A stretch of DNA of 64,000 nucleotides from the human T2T-CHM13v2.0 reference genome, Homo sapiens: assembly GCF_009914755.1 (NCBI RefSeq), contig NC_060945.1; one strand, 5' to 3'. Made by a program: the position numbers and the translations under genes. This document shows positions 39,596-52,800 of the stretch, in pieces. Positions within the stretch are counted from its first letter, which is position 1; each line of letters opens with the position of its first letter. Under the pieces are notes generated by a model that had not been told where the DNA came from, searched no databases, and worked only from the letters and a program-made list of their open reading frames with translations.

Positions 39596-40768
39596 CAGTC
39601 ATGAACTATATAATGACATTTTGGTCAACAATGTACTGCATATACAATGGTCCTATAAGATTATAAGAGAGCTGAAAAATTTCCATCACTTAGTGACACA
39701 GTAGCGATGGTAACGTCCTACACAGTTCAATGCATTGCTCACATGTTTGTGGTGATACTGGTATAAACAAACCTACTGGGCTGCCAGACATGTAAAAGTG
39801 GTACACACTATTATGTACAATATATAATACTTGATAATAAATGACCATGTTACTGGTTTATGTATTTACTATAGTTTTTATTGTTATTTTAGAGTGTACT
39901 TCTACTAATTAAAAAGAAAAACATTAACTGTACCACAGCCTCAGGCAGGAACTTCAGGAGGTTTCCAGAAGAAGGCATTGTTATCAAAGGAGATGACAAC
40001 TCCATGCCCGTTATTGGCTCTGAAGACTTTCCAGTGGGACAAGATATGGAGGTGGAAGACAGTAGTATTGATGATCCTGACCCTGTGTAGTCTCAGGCTA
40101 ATGTGTATTTTTGTTTTCTAGTTTTTAGCAAAAACAGTTTTAAAAGTAAAATTAAAAATGGAAAAAAGCTTATAAGGACATAAAGAAAGAAAATATTTTT
40201 CTACAGCTATCAATGTGTTCATGTATTAAGCTGTTATTACAGGAGTTAAAAGTTTAAAAAGTTAATTATAAACAAAAATGTTATGTATCTAATTTATTAT
40301 TAAATAAAAATATTAATAAATTTAGTGTAGCCTAAATGTATAGTGTTTATAAAGTCTACAGTATTGTACAGTAATACCTCACGCCTTCATATTCACTCAC
40401 TAGTCACTCACTGACTTACCCAGAGTAACTTCAAGTTCAGTAAAGTCTGTTCATGGTAGGTGCCCTATTAGAGGTATAACATTTTTTATCTTTTATACTT
40501 TATACTTAATGTACTTTTCTATGTTTACATATGTTTAGGTATACAAATACCACTGTGATATAATTGCCTATAGCATTTAGTACAGTAACATGCTGTACAG
40601 GTTTGTAGTCTGGGAGCAATAGACTTATATACACCATGTAGCCTCGGTGTGTAGTAGGCTGTACCAAATAGGTTTGCATAAGTAACACTATGTTGTTTGT
40701 ACAGTGATGAAATTGCCTAACGAGGCATTTCTCAGAATGTATCCTCATCACTAAGTGACACATGGCAG
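39596..40768 (+). mobile_element. Tigger3b (MER7B/GOLEM-derived) DNA transposon
   Basis: Starts CAGTCATG...ATAATGACATTTTGGTCAAC, ends GCATTTCTCAGAATGTATCC...AAGTGACACATGGCAG plus TA. About 1.17 kb. Confidence 0.88.
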
Positions 40769-40984
40769 TACTTGTTTTTTATTTCCTTATTTTTCTTAAT
40801 TTTAGGAAGTTGTATTATTGTTAGAAAGCAAATTTAGTATATTTTGTGTGATATAATTGATATATATTACTTACAAAAATTGTTATAAAAGTAACACTTT
40901 AATTTTAAACACCCTTCTAATGCATGCTCAAAACAACTTTAGAAAATAATAAAGTATGGCAAATAAAATGATGGGATTTTACAC

Positions 40985-41170
40985 AGTTGCATGACTTTTA
41001 GCCAGTGCTTAAACTTTTTGTGCTCAGTTTCTTCATCACAAAATCCAGATAATAATCATAACTATTTCATTAAGTTGCCTTGAGGATTAAATAGGTTCAC
41101 ACATCTAGAACATTTAGAATAGTGCCTATCATACAAAAAAGTGTTAGAGAAATGCTAGCTAGTATTAGTA
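40985..41170 (+). mobile_element. MIR
   Basis: CTCAGTTTCTTCATC...TGAGGATTAAAT...TTTAGAATAGTGCCT. Confidence 0.75.
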
Positions 41171-41288
41171 TAGCAATTATTTGCCTTATTATGTGTCTAT
41201 ATACTATACTAAAAAATACATGTCATACTAATAAAGAGTGCTTAAGTGTTGATATATCTATACTAACAAGATTTTCAAGAAGTGTAGG

Positions 41289-41626
41289 TGATATGATTTG
41301 GCTCTGTGTCCCCACCCAAATCTCATCTCAAATTGTAGTGGAGAGGTGATTGGATGATGAGGGCAGATTCCCCCATGCCATTATCCTGATAGCAAGAAAG
41401 TTATCAAGAGAGCTGATGGTTTTAAAGTGCGGCACTTCCTCAGTCTCTCTGTCTCTCCTGCCACGTCGTGAAGAAGGTACTCACTTCCCCTTTGCCTTCC
41501 ACCATGATTGTAAGTTTCCTGAGGCCTCCCCAGGTATGCAGAACTGTGAGTCAATTAAACCTCTTTCCTTTATAAATTACCCAGTCTCAGGTATACTTTA
41601 TAGCAGTGTGAAGATGGGCTAATACA
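41289..41626 (+). mobile_element. THE1C/D solo LTR, internally deleted
   Basis: TGATATGATTTGGCTCTGTGTCCCCACCCAAATCTC...CTAATACA. Perfect TSD GTAGG. Confidence 0.93.
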
Positions 41627-42630
41627 GTAGGTGACAATGATTGATGATTTAAGGACTACAACAATTGTTATTCTTATACCTATTTCGGCATAGTAAATAT
41701 TTTCTGACTCACTCATAAACTAAAACAGGAATTACAGAAATATTGCTTAACTCCATGAGAACAGTTTAAATTAAAACACAAACAGGATGTGTAGATTAAT
41801 TACCACTAACAAAAACATTGTTTGCCTAGTTTGTTAAAAATGGAATGTAAAATAAGCAAAGAGGATTAAAATACTTAATATTATACAAATAGAATTCTTT
41901 CAAAATATGACAAAAATGTCAGAAAATATCTTTTAAATTTTATTTTTTAAGAAATCACCACTAATTTCCTTTTCTTCATAAAATGTTCCCTTTTAAATTG
42001 TTCAAGAAGCCGCAAAGCAAATTGAATACTTAATATACACCCTGATTTATTTATACTTTTTTAAAAGCTCTTTATATTTAAGGATAATCCTCCTTTTATA
42101 ACCTGTGGTCTCTTATTTTTAATACATAATTTTGATCACTTGTTTTTAAAAAATGCCAAACTTTTAAAACATATAATCTCTTAACCTGATTATAATAAAA
42201 AAATAGCTTTGATAGCTTGGTCTGGTTATTAGAAATTTAAACTGTGCTTTTGTTTTTTTCATGCCATTTCCCTTTGACCTAATTTTTGACGTGTATGCAA
42301 ATACTCAAGACCTATAAAACACATACGTCTTGAGAGTCAGTAGCTGCCTACTCCAAGTGGGAAAAGACTTTAGGAAACTGTTTCAATAATCACATTCATG
42401 GAGTATAGTGACACAGAAACCAAGTCTCACTACCTTTTCATGTGTTCTAGTTCTTTCCAAAGGGATATTTTGTAAAACTACATAAAGGGCAACTTATATG
42501 ACTAGTATTTCCATCATCGAAGAGGATATGATAATCTCGAATATGAGGTCAGAATCCTCCCCCAGTCTTCTTCTGATCACAGAAGTGGTAAAAGGAGATA
42601 AACACACAGGACACTTCATCAGTAGCCAGG

Positions 42631-42953
42631 TGCTATTGTCTCAATACTTGTGCCCCTCCAAAATTCCTATGTTGAAATCCTACTTCTCCAAAGTGTTAGT
42701 ATTAGGAAGTGAGGCCTTTGGGGGGTCATGATGTTATGAGGGTTCCACCCTCATAACAAAGAGACCCCAGGGAGCTCCTTGGACACAGCTGGAAGGCTTC
42801 TATGAGAGAAATGAGCCCTCACCAGACACTGAATTTGCCGGTACCTTGATCTTGGACTTCTCAGCCACCAAAACTGACAGAAATAAATTTCTCTTGTTTA
42901 TAAGCCACCCAGTTTATCGTATTTTGTTATAGCAGCTCTAATGGACTAAGACA
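42631..42953 (+). mobile_element. MLT1A0 solo LTR
   Basis: TGCTAT...CCAAAATTCCTATGTTGAAATCC...GGACTAAGACA. TSD CCAGG / CCATG. Confidence 0.88.
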
Positions 42954-43699
42954 CCATGGCTTGCAATCTGTTTTTGTAATCTTAATAGCACAAGATTCCA
43001 CAATGCCTTTCACATATTCTGGAGGCTGAATACCTTACTCCCTAAGCTGCTTTTCCCTGGACTTTCTCCGATTTTGTTGACTTTGGCTTTTAATCTTACC
43101 ACTCTGATGATGTGAGTAGTACAGGAAAACAAATAAACCACCAAATATCCAAGAAGAAATTTCTTCTTAAGCCCAAGCAGTAGCCTCAGTCACTCTATCC
43201 ACATCTCCCTTCTCTGAGAGTCCTGTCTGTCTATCTCAACCTGGAGCCTTTCGAGGCGGAAGCCCTACTTACCTGAATGAATACTCAGGGCCAGGCTTCC
43301 GGTACCAGCCTCATCGATGAATTGAAGGGAAGAGAAGAGGGAAGAGAACCACAAAGGAAATCTCAAAGAAAAAGAAATAGGAACTAAGAAAAAAGTTCCA
43401 CCCATGAAGGGTAAACTCTTTCTAGCTCTTTTCAATTCAAATACATCAGGTTGTTTTGAAAGAAAATACAATTAACCAGACAGGGAAAATGAAATCTTTC
43501 CTTTTTGTCACAGTTTAGAAAAGTAACTGCTATAACACACTGCATCAGAATAATAGATAGTATAAATAATTTTATAGACTTTGTAAGTAGAGAGTATTAG
43601 AACAATATTAAATAATCACTGAGATTATTACCTGTCCAGTATCCTTTATTTCTTTTGGAAATACTAGTCCTAATTATTGAGAAATTAATGACCCTCACC

Positions 43700-44125
43700 C
43701 CCCAGGACATCTGGTTGGCTGGCACCGCCCCTGCTCCCTGTGTGTCCACGATCTCCTGATGACTGAGGCAAATAGAACAGATGAACACATCACACAGCAT
43801 GGCCACGATCATGTTAGGCTCTTTGCTAGAACTGTACAAAAGGAGGTGTTTGTTTTTCCCTGATGTTATTATTTTGGGAACGTAGGAGCCAGGAGCTTCT
43901 CATGCTGTTTTGTGAAATACTGTCTTAAGAAAGAGCCAATAAATGAGGAAAAATTAGTCAGAAAGTGAGACTCTGGATGCTGCCATAACAAAAATCAGCC
44001 CAGGACCAGGAGTTCTTAATTGTGTGATCCCATATATTCTTTTTATTTTTAAAAGTGTATTGAACATTTGTGTCTAAGACTGGTGAAGGAAGATTTCTAT
44101 CCCTTAACGAGGGTCCTGACTGATA
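43700..44125 (+). mobile_element. Very old LTR (LTR33/MLT1N-like)
   Basis: Degenerate LTR-like motifs ending GAGGGTCCTGACTGATA. Confidence 0.35.
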
Positions 44126-45127
44126 TGGTCACCACTAGTTCCAGTGGAATTTTGTTTAATATCACAAGAGGCAAAGTCAAATTGGTTAACAATTATTTGA
44201 AGCCAATGATACAGTACATTTTATTTTCTTATATTAAGTTTAATAAATGCTATTAGCAATATGAAATGTATTTTTAAATAAGTTGGAAGATTCTGTTCTT
44301 TCATATTTGAAAGTAAGCAGCATAATTTCATAACTTTGGTTCATAATAGTTTCCTGTTTTCCAACCTGCCCTTGGTTTTCAAAACAGGCTGTTCATTTCC
44401 TTCAGGTAATTACATTTGAAACAATCCAAGAAGTTATCAGGATGACAGCATTACTTGCTTGATAATTGTTCCTGTAGAAATCACATCATGACTTTTTTCA
44501 GCATTTTTCCTTGAATTTTCACAAAAATAAATATCTTATGACTTTTTATGTTCAGAAAATCACTCAAATTATTTTCAAATATTTTGAAGTTGGAAAAATA
44601 CAAAAAGACGTTTGCCAAATAAAGTGTGCTTAAATTTTTAAATGTGTGTGTTTTTGATGGAAACTTAATTCATATGTTTCTCATCCATTTACAATTAGCT
44701 GATGACAATGTTTTATAAGGGTTTGATATCAGTTATTTTCAAAAGTATCATTAAATAATTTATTTTTAACTATAGAAAGTTGAAAAAAATATTTTTATTT
44801 GCTTATTCTTTTTGTACATGTAAGTAACATATTGTTAGAAGACTAATCAATGTTTACAGTTTTCTTATATTCTTTATAAAACTGCTAAATAGTTAAAGTA
44901 ATAGGAATAACAGTAGAAAAAGAAGCAATCAAAGGAAGACAGAACAATCTAAACCAGACGGGGAAAAAAATGAGAAAAATGTACAATAAAAGGAAACAGC
45001 CAAATGATCCAGCCCCAAAGGCAATTCTCCTAAACAATGCATGTTGTACAACCTTGCATATAAATTGGTTTTATATTTTCAGATGTGGAATATGAAGAAT
45101 TTCTATTCATACAATAGAGAGCAAGTG

Positions 45128-45551
45128 CAGTTGACTCTCATACTACAGGGATTTGAACTGTGCAGATTCACTTATACGCAGACTTTCTTTCCTTCTGCCA
45201 ACCCCAAGACAGTAAAGCCAACCCCCTTTCTTCCTCCTCCTCCTCAGCCTACTCTACCTGAAGACAATGAGAATTAAGACTTTTATTCACTTAATGAATA
45301 GTAAAAATATTTTCTCTTCCTTATGATTTAATTAACTTTTTTTGTCTGGCTTATTTGTTGTAAGAATGCAGTATATCACATATATAGCATAAAAATCAGT
45401 GTTCATCGACTGTTTATGTTATCAATAAGGCTTCCAGTCAACAGTAAGCTATTAGTAATTCAGTTTTTGAGGAGTTAAAAGTTATATGTGGTGTTTTTTA
45501 CTATGTTGGCGGTTGGCGCCCATAACTAATGCGTTGTTCAAGGATGAACTG
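45128..45551. mobile_element. Tigger2a (MER28) DNA transposon
   Basis: TIRs CAGTTGACTCTC...GGATTTGAACTG / GCGTTGTTCAAGGATGAACTG, internal CCTCCTCCTCAGCCTACTC. Confidence 0.85.
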
Positions 45552-45934
45552 TGCCAGAGTTCTGAATAATTGTTCAAACAAACCACAGCAGGTCTGCAAT
45601 CTGCATCTTTACTCCTCTCCTTTTGCTCCATCCTTTAACACATCTGCGCCCCACAGCTGGATCCAACTGAGTCGGACCCCCAAGTAGTACAAATATAAGA
45701 TGAAATCTCACTTTGTGTTCAAAATTGTTGAACATATGTCCTGTAAGCTCTATGCAACTATTTTCTAACATTTAGATGTGAAAATTCAAGAAATACAATT
45801 GTCAAATGATGCATTCTATGAGAGCCAGAATAGTAATTGAACCTAATATCTCATTTGATGAGACAGTGTTTGCACCATTTGAAAAATAATATATTCTTCA
45901 TAATTTCTCTCAATTCTGAAAATACAAGAGCATT

Positions 45935-46090
45935 ACCACTAATACTTAGCAATTATCAACACTGCACATACCAGGCTTTCTGCTTGGTGTTTTGCATGTA
46001 TGATTGCTAATCCTCCAAATAGCAGGAAAATTATGTCTTTTTAATCCACATTTTACAGAGAAGAAACTCAACAGGCTCACCCTTCCCAAA
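45935..46090 (-). mobile_element. MIR
   Basis: CCACATTTTACAGAGAAGAAACTCA. Confidence 0.6.
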
Positions 46091-46289
46091 AGTTCCCAGT
46101 GATGACTGTTTTAGTAATATGGTCTTCAGAAATATTTCCTACTTTCTCAACATCCACACAGTATTGGCTATAAGGAACATATAAAATTAATAGGGAAGTG
46201 TTCCTATTACAAATCTAAGTATATGTATGTATAAGTATATACATGTGTCTCTATGTAACAAACATTATGCACAATACCTACCAAAGTTC

Positions 46290-47040
46290 TAGTGATCTTG
46301 TAGCTCTGCCACCTAAAACACAGGAGGTTCATGTCCATTGTCAAATTGGAGGGTCATGTGAGATATGTTCGAATCTAGGCCTGAAATTCACTTATATCAC
46401 TTCCCTCCACCTCCTATTGGCCAGACCCAGGTATATGCTATGCTGAATCAAAGACATTGTCTCTTCAACAGTCCACTATTCTGGTTGCCAAACTATTACA
46501 TTCCTTCCATGTTTTGAACATACTTTCCATCTCCACAAAGGAATCGGTTCTATTCTGTCCTATCTCATCATTGCATATGGCTGAAGACCAGGGTCATCAA
46601 GAATGTATAGTAGTTTCTCATGCATCTGGATATGGCCCCTGTTGGTCCAATGACCTATCAACTAAAATGGCAAGTTGTCTGCCACCACATACCTGACATG
46701 GGGGGAGAATACCCACAATAAACATGCCCAATCCAAAGGAGAAAGTCAGAAGGCATACAGCAGTCACTGGTTGGTGATATTCTGAAATCTCACTGAGTAG
46801 CTATTTTGAAAACACTTTACTTTAGGGTTCTGAGAGATTCTTGATTGGACCTTTGTCTCTTTTTCTGGGGAAAAATCTCCCTTACACATGTCCATGTAAA
46901 CCCTAGGTTCTGATAAGGTACTCCTTGTCCGTGAATCTGCCTGTCCACATCTGAAATGGGAATTCCTTAGAAGGTGACCATCTCATGATAATGGAAACCC
47001 AAGTCTTGCTTTAGATGTGAAACAGCCAGATCTCCTTGAC
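46290..47040 (-). mobile_element. Old MLT1 LTR and MLT1-int remnant
   Basis: ATCACTTCC..CTATTGGCCAGA (MLT1J/K-like) and CCCAATCCAAAGGAGAAAG..CAGCAGTCACTGG (int-like). Confidence 0.4.
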
Positions 47041-47043
47041 AAT

Positions 47044-48266
<1,223 letters not shown>

Positions 48267-49024
48267 TTCCGTCAAAAATGTAGTAGCCTTCTTATCTATG
48301 TACTTCCTGTCAGTTCCTTGTGACAGAAACCATACCCATTGCTCTTTCCTTGATTTAAATCTCAAGATTAATTAGTTCCTTGTTCCCATCATCATGTGTC
48401 TTTCTCAAAAGAATGTTGTTTACCTTAAGATGATCTGGTTCTCTGGTTCTTTAAGTTGTAACACCACAACAATAAAGTTCTAGGATAGAACTTTTTTTGT
48501 TTTAAAAAACGTATTTTTAAATGCCATGAAATTTAATGTGGCCCTCGGAAGTCTGAAGTGGGAGAATAATGCATTGACAAAGTTTACTGAACTGGCAATT
48601 CCTTTTCCTCCCACCTACAGTCTCCAAGCTGCCACTCTTCCTGCTCTCTCTGTCTCTCTTAAGGGCTAAAGATGCAATGTTTCTGGCTTCAGGGATCACT
48701 GGAACTATTTATTTCTTTAAAAATGGTTTTTATGTCATAGCACATATGATAAACCTTAATATTTCATGATACACTTAATGATATTGTACTGCATACCCAG
48801 GCTAATAGAAGAGGCTAGTCTCAATTTGCAGCAATAGCTCTGGCTGTGTAAGGCACTCACAATCAGATACAGTAGGGAATTTGCATCTTGGGCATATATG
48901 TCACCTGTACCCAGCTTGATTTGGGAGATTATGCAACTCATATCAACTTCAGGATAGCACTCACTTCTACAGAAGGAGGTAAAGGAAATGGATGGTCAGG
49001 ATGGAATAGGAGGCTCAATTGTAT

Positions 49025-49533
49025 TTATAGTGGTTTGAAACATGTTTACAAATTATTTGATGCTTTCTCATCAAATGACAGAGTTAATTTTCTCCCCTTG
49101 AATCTGATTGTCCTTACTGACTCCTTAGGAATAAAACATTGTTGAAATGATAGATGTGACACAGAAAGATAAGCCATACAAGATATTTGTAGTTTTCATC
49201 TTGTCTCTCAGAGCACTCACTTGGAGAGAAAGCCAGCTGACTTGTGAGGACACCCAGGCAGCCCTATTGAGAGATCCATGTGGGGAGAAACTAAGGCTTC
49301 CTAGCTAAGTCATGTGAGTGAGCAAACTTGAAGCTCGATTTCCCAACCCCAGTGAAAGTTTCAGATGACTGCACCTCTGGCCGCAAACTTGTGAGAGACT
49401 TCAAGCCAGAAGCATCCCACTAGGCAACTCCTAAATTCCTGAGCCTCAGAAACTGTGAGAAAATAAATGTTATGGTTTTACATCACTTATTTTGGGAGCG
49501 ATATATTATGAAGCAATTCATTAACTAAAACAA
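49025..49533 (+). mobile_element. MLT1F/G-like LTR
   Basis: CAAATTATTTGATGC...TCCCCTTGAATCTG...TTCAGATGACTGCA...CAGAAACTGTGAGAAAATAAATG. Confidence 0.8.
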
Positions 49534-49634
49534 TATTTGTAATGTTTTATGCTCAGAAAATCTAAAGCAAATATGTGAAAATAGGATAAATTAGGGTAGG
49601 TGGCAGGTACATGAATGCCACTGAACCTGTTTAT

Positions 49635-49855
49635 TTAACACTTATATTGAATTTACTATGTTTCCTTCATTGTTCTATAATGCATTTAATTCTTATGAGT
49701 ACTCTATGTGAAAGATACCCTTCATTTTACAGATGAGTAAAATGGAGTCTAGAGAGATGCTATACATTGTCAAAGGTCACCAATGAATAAGTAGCACATA
49801 CAGAATTCATACCTGGACAGTATTACTCTGTGGTTTCTAGTTTTAGCATTACACT
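49635..49855 (-). mobile_element. MIR
   Basis: CATTTTACAGATGAGTAAAATGGAG...CAAAGGTCAC. Confidence 0.7.
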
Positions 49856-50195
49856 ATTTTATGGATTATAACAATGTCAGTTATTTGCAAATCTTTGAAA
49901 TATTTCATAAATCATGAAAACTTAAATGATGAGATCCTTTTTTCCATCATTTTGATAGCCTTTTGTATATGCAAAGATTTATAATTTGTCTTTGTTAACT
50001 TTTTGGGCAAAAGGAGAAAAATTTAAAGATTAGAATGGAAAAAAAAGAAAATAAAAATAATTTTATATTCAGCAGCATATTAAGAAACTATTTGTTTATT
50101 TCCTAAAACATTAAGGCCAGAGTTTTTGCCTTCCATGGTTCAGGGGTGATTTAAAATTTGATGACTTTCTTCCTGAAAATCATATTTATGTGTCC

Positions 50196-50606
50196 TGTCA
50201 GGCCTTGAGCCCAAGCTAAGCCATCATATCCCCTGTGACCTGCACATACACATCCAGATGGCCGGTTCCTGCCTTAACTGATGACATTCCACCACAAAAG
50301 AAGTGAAAATGGCCTGTTCCTGCCTTAACTGATGACATTATCTTGTGAAATTCCTTCTCCTGGCTCATCCTGGCTCAAAAGCTCCCCTACTGAGCACCTT
50401 GTGACCTCCCACTCCTGCCAGCCAGAGAACAACCCCCTTTGACTAATTTTCCTTTACCTACCCAAATCCTATAAAACGGCACCACCCCTATCTCCCTTCA
50501 CTGACTCTCTTTTCAGACTCAGCCCGCCTGCATCCAGGTGAAATAAACAGCCTTGTTGCTCACACAAATCCTGTTTGGTGGTCTCTTCACACGGACGCGA
50601 GTGAAA
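50196..50606 (+). promoter_or_regulatory. 5' LTR7 (411 bp) with TATA box at 50470-50476
   Basis: TGTCAGGCC...GCGAGTGAAA. Duplicated TTCCTGCCTTAACTGATGACATT U3 repeat, TATAAAA, and AATAAA at 50542-50547. Confidence 0.96.
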
Positions 50607-50608
50607 TT

Positions 50609-50626
50609 TGGTGCCGTGACTGGGAT
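50609..50626 (+). other. Primer-binding site for tRNA-His
   Basis: TGGTGCCGTGACTGGGAT matches the tRNA-His 3' end complement TGGTGCCGTGACTCGGAT at 17 of 18 positions. Confidence 0.95.
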
Positions 50627-51180
50627 CAGGGGACCTCCCTTGGGAGATCAATCCCCTGTCCTACTCTTTGCTCCATGAGAAAGATCCACCTACAACCTCA
50701 GGTCCTCAGACTGACCAGCCCAAGGAACATCTCACCAATTTCAAATCCAGTAAGCGGCCTCTTTTTACTCTCTTCTCCAACCTCCCTCACTATCCCTCAA
50801 CCTCTTTCTCCTTTCAAGCTTGGCGCCACACTTCAATCTCTCCCTTCTGTTAATTTCAGTTCCTTTCATTTTCGGGTAGAGACAAAGGAGACACATTTTA
50901 TCTGTGGACCCAAAACTCCGGCGCCGGTCACGGACTCGGGAAGACAGCCTTACCTTGGTGTTTAATCATCGCCGAGATGCCTCTTGGATTATTCACCCAC
51001 GTTCCACTGGTGTCTGATCTCCGCAGGGGTGCCTTCCTTGATCATTCGCCCATGTTCCCTTGGTGGCAAGTCAATTGCAAGGACGCCTGCTTTGGCTGCT
51101 CACCCACGTTGCAGCCCAGGGCTGCTCCCCACCCCCTTCTCCGTGTCTCTACCCTTCTCTTTAAACTTGCCTCCTTCACT

Positions 51181-52456
51181 ATGGGCAACCTTCCACCCTC
51201 CATTCCTCCTTCTTCTCTCTTAGCCTGTGTTCTTAAGAACTTAAAACCTCTTCAACTCTCGCCTGACCTAAAATCTAAGCATCTTATTTTATTCTGCAAC
51301 ACCGCTTGGCCCCAATACAAACTTGACAAAGGCTCTAAAATAGCCACAGAACGGCACTTTCGATTTTTCCATCCCACAAGATCTCGATAATTCTTGTCGT
51401 AAAATGGGCAAATGGTCTGAGGTGCCTGACGTCCAGGCATTCTTTTACACATTGTTCTCTCCGTACTCTCTGTTCCCAATGTGACTCATCCCAAATCCTC
51501 CTTCTTTCCCTCCCGCCTGTCCTCTCAGTCCCAACCCCAAGCGTCGCTGAGTCTTTCTAATCTTCCTTTTCTACAGACCCATCTGACCTCTCTCCTCCTC
51601 CCCAGGCTGCTCCTCGCCAGGCCAAGCCAGGTCAAGCCAGGTCCCAATTCTTCCTCAGCCTCTGCTCCCCCACCCTATAATCCTTTTATCACCTCCCCTC
51701 CTCACACCCAGTCCGGCTTATAGTTTCGTTCCGCGACGCGACTAGCCCTCCTCCACCTGACCAGCAATTTCCTCTTAAAAAGGAGGCTGGAGCTAAAGGC
51801 ATAGTCAAGGTTAATGCTTCTTTTTCTTTATCCGACCTCTCCCAAATCAGTTAGCATTTAGGCTCTTTCATCAAATATGAAAAACCCAGCCCAGTTCATG
51901 GCTCGTTCGGCAGCAACCCTGAGACGCTTTACAGCCCAAGACCCTAAAATGTCAAAAGGCCGTCTTATTCTCAATATACATTTTATTACCCAATCCGCTC
52001 CTGACATTAAATAAAACTCCAAAAATTAAATTCCGGCCCTCAAACCTCACAACAGGACTTAATTAACCTCACCTTCAAGTTATACAATAATAGAGTAGAG
52101 GCAGCCAAGTAGCAATGTATTTCTGAGTTGCAATTTCTTGCCTCCACTGTGAGACAAACCCCAGCCACATCTCCAGCACACAAGAACTCCAAACGCCCAA
52201 ACCGCAGCTGCCAGGGGTTCCTCCAGAACCTCCTCCCCCAGGAGCTTGCTACAAGTGCCAGAAATCTGGCCACTAGGCCAAGGAATGCCCACAGCCCAGG
52301 ATTCCTCCTAAGCTGTGTCCCATCTGTGTAGGACCCCACTGAAAATCGGACTGTTCAACTCACCTGGCAGCCACTTCCACAGCCCCTGGAACTCTGGCCC
52401 AAGGCTCTCTGATTGACTCCTTCCCAGATCTTCTTGGCTTAGCGGCTGAAGACTGA
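51181..52456 (+). pseudogene. gag: HERV-H gag remnant
   Basis: Starts MGNLPPSIPPSSLLACVLKNL. PPPY late motif and two CCHC knuckles (CYKCQKSGH*AKEC, CPICVGPH*KSDC). Contains stops and frameshifts. Confidence 0.88.
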
Positions 52457-52800
52457 TGTTGCCGGATCGCCTCGGAAGCCTACAAGACCATCACAGACGC
52501 TCTAGGTAACTCTCACAGTGGAAGGTAAGTCCGTCCCCTTCTTAATCAATACGGAGGCTACCCACTCCACATTACCTTCTTTTCAAGGGCCTGTTTCCCT
52601 TGCCTCCATAACTGTTGCAGGTATTGACAGCCAGGTTTCTAAACCTCTTAAAACTCCCCAACTCTGGTGCCAACTTAGACAATACTCTTTTAAGCACTCC
52701 TTTTAGTTATCTCCACCTGCCCAGTTCCCTTATTAGGTGGAGACACTTTAACTAAATTATCTGCTTCCCTGACTATTCCTAGACTATAGCCACATCTCAC
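52457..52800 (+). pseudogene. pro: HERV-H protease remnant
   Basis: FLINTEATHS (catalytic DTGA mutated to NTEA) and downstream CPVPLLG. Confidence 0.82.

Noticed and set aside
50265-50340. Spaced direct repeats TTCCTGCCTTAACTGATGACATT resembling a CRISPR unit
   Set aside because: Normal LTR7 U3 repeat, two copies per LTR, eukaryotic context and no cas genes.
50609-50626. tRNA-His-matching sequence as a tRNA gene
   Set aside because: Only the 18-nt complement of the tRNA 3' end next to an LTR, so it is a retroviral PBS.
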